From positions 1-13,200 of the forward strand of contig JASLKH010000052.1 of assembly GCA_030747675.1 (NCBI GenBank): a stretch of DNA of 13,200 nt, given 5' to 3'. The notes under the pieces are model-generated. The model did no database searches and was not told the origin of the DNA. It saw nothing but the letters and a program-made list of their open reading frames with translations. This document shows, one piece after another, positions 8,678-13,200 of the stretch. Both the position numbers and the translations under genes were made by a program. This DNA comes from Candidatus Thalassarchaeaceae archaeon. GTDB lineage: Archaea > Thermoplasmatota > Poseidoniia > Poseidoniales > Thalassarchaeaceae. The number at the start of each line of letters is the position of its first letter. Position 1 is the stretch's first letter.

Positions 8678-8698
8678 TCTCATACGGTGGGAATTGAT

Positions 8699-10318
8699 AT
8701 GTACGGTGGACAACAACCAATCTTCATTCTGAAAGAAGGAACAAATAGAACACGTGGAAAGAGTGCTCAGAGCAACAATATTGCTGCAGCAAAGGCGGTA
8801 GCAGATGCGGTTCGAACAACGCTCGGCCCAAAAGGAATGGACAAAATGCTGGTGGATAGTATGGGTGATGTAGTTATCACAAATGACGGTGCTACAATCC
8901 TCAAAGAAATGGATATTGAACATCCTGCGGCAAAGATGATTATTGAGGTTGCAAAAACACAAGAGCAACATTGCTATGATGGGACTACAAGTGCAGTGGT
9001 TATCGCTGGAGAATTACTCAAGAGAAGTGAAGATCTAATCGATCAAAACGTCCATCCTACGGTCATTTGCGAAGGCTTCCGTTTAGCTGCAGATCGGGCT
9101 GTTGGACTTTTAGATTCACATTCAGTCAATGCAGATGAAAAAACACTTCATGAAGTTGCCAAGACCGCGTTGACAGGTAAATCAGCAGGTGCAGTAAAGG
9201 CATTCCTAGCAGACATTTGTGTTAATGCAGTACAAGCAGTTGCCAGGGAAGAAGATGGTGAAATAGTGGTAGATCTTGATGATGTTAAGGTTGAGAAGAA
9301 ACAAGGCGGTTCAATCAAAGATAGCACTCTAGTTGACGGTATTATCCTCGATAAAGAGAGGGTTCACAGTGGTATGCCTAGGAGCGTAAATAATGCGAAA
9401 GTCGCTTTGATTAATTCTGCAATTGAAGTCAAAAAAACTGAAGTCGATGCAAAAATTCAGATTACAGATCCAACTATGCTTTCCCAATTTTTGGAAGAGG
9501 AAGAGAATTACCTCCGCAGTTTGGTTGAAAAAATACAAGCTGCCGGTGCAAATGTTGTAATTTGTCAAAAAGGAATTGACGACCTTGCTCAGCACTATAT
9601 GTCAAAAGCTGGATTATTTGCAGTTCGACGAGCAAAGAAGAGCGACATGGAAGCCCTTTCCAAAGCAACAGGTGGTCGTGTTGTTACTAACATTGACGAT
9701 TTATCAGGTGATGATTTAGGGCATGCTGCTAAGGTTGATGAAAGGAAAATTGGGGAGTCCGACATGGTATTTGTCACCGGTTGCCCTAAGGCTAAGAGTG
9801 TCTCAGTATTACTTCGTGGTGGCACTGAACACGTTGTTGATGAAATCCGAAGGGCTTTTGACGATGCAATCGGAGTGGTCAGTGTTGCACATGAAGATGG
9901 AGCAGTTCTCACAGGTGGTGGCTCAGTTCTTGCCGCTTTATCTCGCGAACTTCGATTATATGCAGAAGGTGTTGGAGGGCGAGAACAAATGGCAATTGAA
10001 GCATTTGCCGGCGCTTTAGAAGTGATTCCTCGAACCCTTGCTGAGAACGCAGGTCTGGATCCTGTGAATACAATTATTGATGTTCGAAAGGCACATGCTG
10101 AAGGTAAATCGACATACGGCGTAAATGTGTTTGAAGGCGGTGTGATGGATATGCATGCTGCCAATGTACTGGAGCCTGTACGAGTCGTTGAGCAGGCAAT
10201 ACAATCTGCAACAGAAACTGCAATCATGATTTTACGAATTGATGACGTCATTTCCAGCCGTGCAGGTGGCGGAATGCCAGACATGGGTGGCATGGACGGC
10301 ATGGATATGGGTTTCTGA
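8699..10318 (+). CDS. ths: Thermosome subunit (group II chaperonin)
   Basis: [86 protein letters not shown] and a GGM-rich tail. Colinear with Thermoplasma thermosome subunits as recalled. ATG 8699 is preferred over GTG 8687 because that GTG is part of the SD GGTGGG (8686-8691). Alpha versus beta subunit not assignable. Confidence 0.98.
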   Translation: MYGGQQPIFILKEGTNRTRGKSAQSNNIAAAKAVADAVRTTLGPKGMDKMLVDSMGDVVITNDGATILKEMDIEHPAAKMIIEVAKTQEQHCYDGTTSAVVIAGELLKRSEDLIDQNVHPTVICEGFRLAADRAVGLLDSHSVNADEKTLHEVAKTALTGKSAGAVKAFLADICVNAVQAVAREEDGEIVVDLDDVKVEKKQGGSIKDSTLVDGIILDKERVHSGMPRSVNNAKVALINSAIEVKKTEVDAKIQITDPTMLSQFLEEEENYLRSLVEKIQAAGANVVICQKGIDDLAQHYMSKAGLFAVRRAKKSDMEALSKATGGRVVTNIDDLSGDDLGHAAKVDERKIGESDMVFVTGCPKAKSVSVLLRGGTEHVVDEIRRAFDDAIGVVSVAHEDGAVLTGGGSVLAALSRELRLYAEGVGGREQMAIEAFAGALEVIPRTLAENAGLDPVNTIIDVRKAHAEGKSTYGVNVFEGGVMDMHAANVLEPVRVVEQAIQSATETAIMILRIDDVISSRAGGGMPDMGGMDGMDMGF

Positions 10319-10395
10319 GGGAGAGGGATAGTGCCGCAAAGGCTCGCCCTTGACCCGCTATGTTCAATAATCGAAATCCAGTCGATAGCCTCGTT

Positions 10396-10410
10396 CAGCC
10401 CGTAGGGCTG
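10396..10410. repeat. Perfect hairpin, 6-bp stem with GTA loop (CAGCCC-GTA-GGGCTG)
   Basis: Read directly; separated by 1 nt from the SD GGGTGA (10412-10417). Confidence 0.8.
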
Positions 10411-10422
10411 TGGGTGATTCCG

Positions 10423-12330
10423 ATGTCAGCGGTTACAAAAGTCTGGATCGATGAGGGCTGTATCACTTGCGATGCATGCGAAAACATCGTTCCAGAAGTT
10501 TTCCAAGTGGAAGATGAGACTTGTGTAATTGTTGATGGTGTAAATCCCAGTGAATGGGGCGATGACATCATTGAAGCTGCTGAAGGCTGTCCAGTTGACG
10601 TAATCATGTATGAGGTCGCTGGGGCTGATGAAGAACCGGCAGAAGAATCTCCGGCAGAAGTAATCGAAGAAGCCGTTGCTGTGGCCGAGGAAGTATCTAC
10701 AGCAAGTGCAGGGGCTGGTGTATTAGCTGAATTGATGAGCGGTGACCGAGATGTCCACATATTCTTTGGTAGCCAATCCGGTAATGCAGAATCTCTTTCT
10801 GCTAAATGGGCAAAGAAAGCCTCTGACTATGGGTTGGTTGGCCATGTTCATGACATGGACGGGTTTGATATTGCCACTATGAGCGGAATGAAAAGAGTCC
10901 TAATTGCTTGTTCTACTTGGGGTGAAGGTGATATGCCAGATAACGCTGAAGCGTTATACGCTGCAGCGAAAGGCGCAGGGAAGATACTTTCAAACACACA
11001 TTTTTCAGTCTGCGCATTAGGTGACTCTTCTTACGAGTTCTTTTGCGAATCAGGAAAAGAATGGGACCAGGTCATGGAGGAAATGGGCGCCTCCCGGATT
11101 CACGAAAGAGTTGATTGTGATGTAGACTACGATGCTCCTTCGGAGGCGTGGATGTCCATTGCAATGTCAAAGATAGCCTGCGTTGATGATAGTGGTACGT
11201 TCCAAGAAGATTTACTTGAGGCGATGATATCTCATGCTTCAGGCGACTCCTCAGCTGCTGTTGCAGGTGATGTAGCATCAGTGGCAGAGCCTGAAATTCA
11301 AGTCACAGCTACAATTTTCCGATACGATTCCATGACCGGTGAAACTGGGGCTGATGCATGGGCCTGTTCGCTACCAGGGCATTACAGTGTCCTCCAACTA
11401 TTACGGACACTGAAAAGTACTCAAGATGGTTCATTGACGTTCCGAGATGGTGCAAATAATGACCCTACTACTGGTGTTTGCGTCAATGGTCGTCTAGTTT
11501 TACCTGGTATGGTGCGACTATCCGATATTGCTAGGGACAAAGGAAACGGTGCCCAAATTCGAATTGAACCTCTTGCGGCTTTCGATGTGATTCGTGACCT
11601 TGCTGTAGACCTTTCTTCATATGACAAACTTCGAATGTCAACCAAGCCTTGGTTTGTAGGCGGAGAACGAGAGGGCTCCTATGCTTCGGGAGTCGTAATG
11701 GGTACAATGGATCCAGTTGTGGCTACAGAATTACATTCATCTACCAATTTTGAGAGCCACTACATTTTACACGCATCTAGTGATGCAGTTCCACACAACC
11801 AATCATACATTGGACCCGCCTTGGTTAACCATTTGTGGAACAGATCTTGCGACCCCCGAATATCCGACAAATCTAGAACCGCAATTATTGAATCTCTCTC
11901 TGATGTAAATGGTGTTAAGGCTGAAACAGACATGGCTAGTATCCGTCGTCAAGGAACCATGGGATTGGCAGTATCAAAATCAATTCTGCAAGCGAAAAAA
12001 GCAGCCTTAGCACATGACGGTTATAATGGCCGACACGGAAAACATGTCTGGTGGTATACTTGGTCCATAAAAAGTAGTGGAAAGGTGAATGAGACGACGC
12101 TCTATAGAACTGTTTTGGGCCCAATGGGTTTGGCGAGTAATGCACTTTCTGGTGTATCTGCTAGGATGATTTTTGGATTCACACGTACAGGGCGACCAAT
12201 GATCAATGAATTGTTAGCCCTAGTTGCCCCTCCTGCCGGCATTGGTAAAATGCCAAAGCAATTTAATTCAAAAGTTGAAAATCATCATGAGGTGGTTTCA
12301 ATTTTCAATGAAATGGATGGTCGATTCTAA
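10423..12330 (+). CDS. Fusion protein: [4Fe-4S] ferredoxin + acidic linker + flavodoxin + cysteine-less SdhB/FrdB-like domain with type-E-like C-terminal extension
   Basis: ATG 10423 follows SD GGGTGA. Ferredoxin: CITCDAC (10459-10479) and CPVD (10588). Flavodoxin about 10753-11178: FGSQSGNAE, STWGEGDMPDNA, LGDSSYEFFC, RVDCDVDY. SdhB scaffold from about 11299: IFRYD, SVLQLL, SLTFR, VNG, IEPL..F.VIRDLAVD, KPW, YIGPA. None of the cluster cysteines is present. Confidence 0.9.
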   Translation: MSAVTKVWIDEGCITCDACENIVPEVFQVEDETCVIVDGVNPSEWGDDIIEAAEGCPVDVIMYEVAGADEEPAEESPAEVIEEAVAVAEEVSTASAGAGVLAELMSGDRDVHIFFGSQSGNAESLSAKWAKKASDYGLVGHVHDMDGFDIATMSGMKRVLIACSTWGEGDMPDNAEALYAAAKGAGKILSNTHFSVCALGDSSYEFFCESGKEWDQVMEEMGASRIHERVDCDVDYDAPSEAWMSIAMSKIACVDDSGTFQEDLLEAMISHASGDSSAAVAGDVASVAEPEIQVTATIFRYDSMTGETGADAWACSLPGHYSVLQLLRTLKSTQDGSLTFRDGANNDPTTGVCVNGRLVLPGMVRLSDIARDKGNGAQIRIEPLAAFDVIRDLAVDLSSYDKLRMSTKPWFVGGEREGSYASGVVMGTMDPVVATELHSSTNFESHYILHASSDAVPHNQSYIGPALVNHLWNRSCDPRISDKSRTAIIESLSDVNGVKAETDMASIRRQGTMGLAVSKSILQAKKAALAHDGYNGRHGKHVWWYTWSIKSSGKVNETTLYRTVLGPMGLASNALSGVSARMIFGFTRTGRPMINELLALVAPPAGIGKMPKQFNSKVENHHEVVSIFNEMDGRF

Positions 12331-13190
12331 TGGCAATGAAATATGCATATCACCCAGGTAATGTTGCTCATAGCAATGCGCTTGAAGTTGCAGATACAAT
12401 GCCTTTCGCTGCAGAATCACTTGGTATTGAATTAATTCCTCTTGATGCTGCTACAAGTTGCGGAGCAGGAATTCTAAGGCAGGCGAATGAAGAACTCCAA
12501 ATCACTCTCAATGCCCGAACATTGGCGATTGCAGAATCAATGGGCCTTGATATTATCACATCTTGTGCAACAACAGCAGGAACATTACATGAAGATTTGA
12601 ATAATCTTAGAAATGATAAGCAATTATTATCCAAAGTGAATGATATTCTTCAGCGACATTGTGGTCTTACTCTAAAATGTGAAATAAATGTCCACCATTT
12701 GTTGCATGTAATTGTTGATGAAATAGGGTTGGAAAAACTTGCAGATGCGGTCAAGAATCCATTTGGATTCAAAATTGCAGGATACTATGGCCCCAATATT
12801 CAGCAAGATGGTGCATGTGGTGGCGATGACATATTTGATCCAGATTACCTTGAGCAAGTCATCAGTGTTTTGGGAGGGGAACCTGTACAATGGTCAAGCA
12901 AAACCCAGAGTGTGGGTGTTCCAGGGTTGTTTAGTGAAGATAAGACTGTCATGAAACAAACCGCAAGCGTACTTTCGGATGCCAAATCAGAAGGGGCGCA
13001 ACTAGTTGTCAGCGCTTGCAATCTTTCCCATATGTTGCTTGATGTGTATCAAGGAAAAGCTGGAAAGGTTTCAGGAAAGAAGACGAAGGTCCCCGTGATT
13101 CACCTCACTGAGTTCCTAGCATTCGCATTCGGGCATTATATTGATCGATGTGCGCAACTTAGGACAAGAGTACTGGTAATTGGCGATTAA
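12330..13190 (+). CDS. HdrB/SdhE-like CCG-domain protein with degenerate cysteine motifs
   Basis: TAATG overlap with the upstream stop (alternative ATG at 12336). Scaffold MKYAYHPG, LGIEL, NARTLAIAE.MGLDIIT, KIAGYYG, LGGEPV, AKSEGA..VV.AC and PVIHLTEFLAFAFG matches the HdrB family. CCG ligands are mostly substituted. Confidence 0.9.
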   Translation: MAMKYAYHPGNVAHSNALEVADTMPFAAESLGIELIPLDAATSCGAGILRQANEELQITLNARTLAIAESMGLDIITSCATTAGTLHEDLNNLRNDKQLLSKVNDILQRHCGLTLKCEINVHHLLHVIVDEIGLEKLADAVKNPFGFKIAGYYGPNIQQDGACGGDDIFDPDYLEQVISVLGGEPVQWSSKTQSVGVPGLFSEDKTVMKQTASVLSDAKSEGAQLVVSACNLSHMLLDVYQGKAGKVSGKKTKVPVIHLTEFLAFAFGHYIDRCAQLRTRVLVIGD

Positions 13191-13200
13191 TCTTCAACTT

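Noticed and set aside
9595-10302. 235-aa antisense ORF (also 8636-8971, 9329-9595 and other short ORFs over ths)
   Set aside because: Shadows of the conserved thermosome gene with no motifs or plausible composition.
10267-10315. ATGG-rich repeats at the thermosome 3' end
   Set aside because: They encode the ordinary GGM-rich chaperonin tail.
10323-10351. Stem-loop after the ths stop as a terminator
   Set aside because: Interrupted stem and no U-tract; archaeal termination does not generally need hairpins.
10636-10660. Direct repeat CCGGCAGAAG x2
   Set aside because: A small duplication in a low-complexity linker (PAEESPAE); not a target-site duplication or CRISPR repeat.
12330-13190. Heterodisulfide reductase / methanogenesis call
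   Set aside because: Catalytic cysteines are absent, there is no hdrA or other methanogenesis gene in the window, and CCG proteins are widespread outside methanogens.
10423-13190. Pseudogene or functional sdhB call for the redox module
   Set aside because: No stops or frameshifts, SD and translational coupling are intact, and the loss is targeted at Cys, so not a pseudogene on this evidence. Without cluster ligands it cannot be called a working SdhB.
8699-13190. Functional link between the thermosome and the redox module
   Set aside because: A 104-nt spacer with its own hairpin and SD separates them; adjacency alone is not evidence without synteny data.
1-13200. tRNA, rRNA, CRISPR array, integrase or transposase, defence genes
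   Set aside because: Intergenic gaps are all under 200 nt with no cloverleaf or regularly spaced repeats, and no such protein motifs were seen.

Overview
Gene-dense archaeal window. The Thermoplasmata-like thermosome, GGTG(A)/GAGGT ribosome-binding sites, acidic secreted proteins and a GLPEGW..QW..YG tail suggest Marine Group II / Ca. Poseidoniales; this is inference, as no marker-gene search was run. Eight CDSs, in order: a 5'-truncated membrane-anchored S8 protease ending in a SAP domain; a class I/II PLP aminotransferase; two uncharacterised membrane proteins; a ~1160-aa Ig-repeat surface glycoprotein; a thermosome subunit; and a translationally coupled two-gene redox module. The redox module is the main finding. 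Gene 1 fuses an intact [4Fe-4S] ferredoxin and an intact CysJ-type flavodoxin to an SdhB/FrdB-like domain lacking every canonical Fe-S cysteine. Gene 2 is an HdrB/SdhE-like CCG protein retaining only 3 of 10 ligand cysteines. Both ORFs are intact, which suggests a type-E succinate dehydrogenase scaffold repurposed without its clusters. A second signal is a perfect hairpin with a C-GTA-G triloop in three separate intergenic regions. No rRNA, tRNA, CRISPR array or mobile element was recognised.
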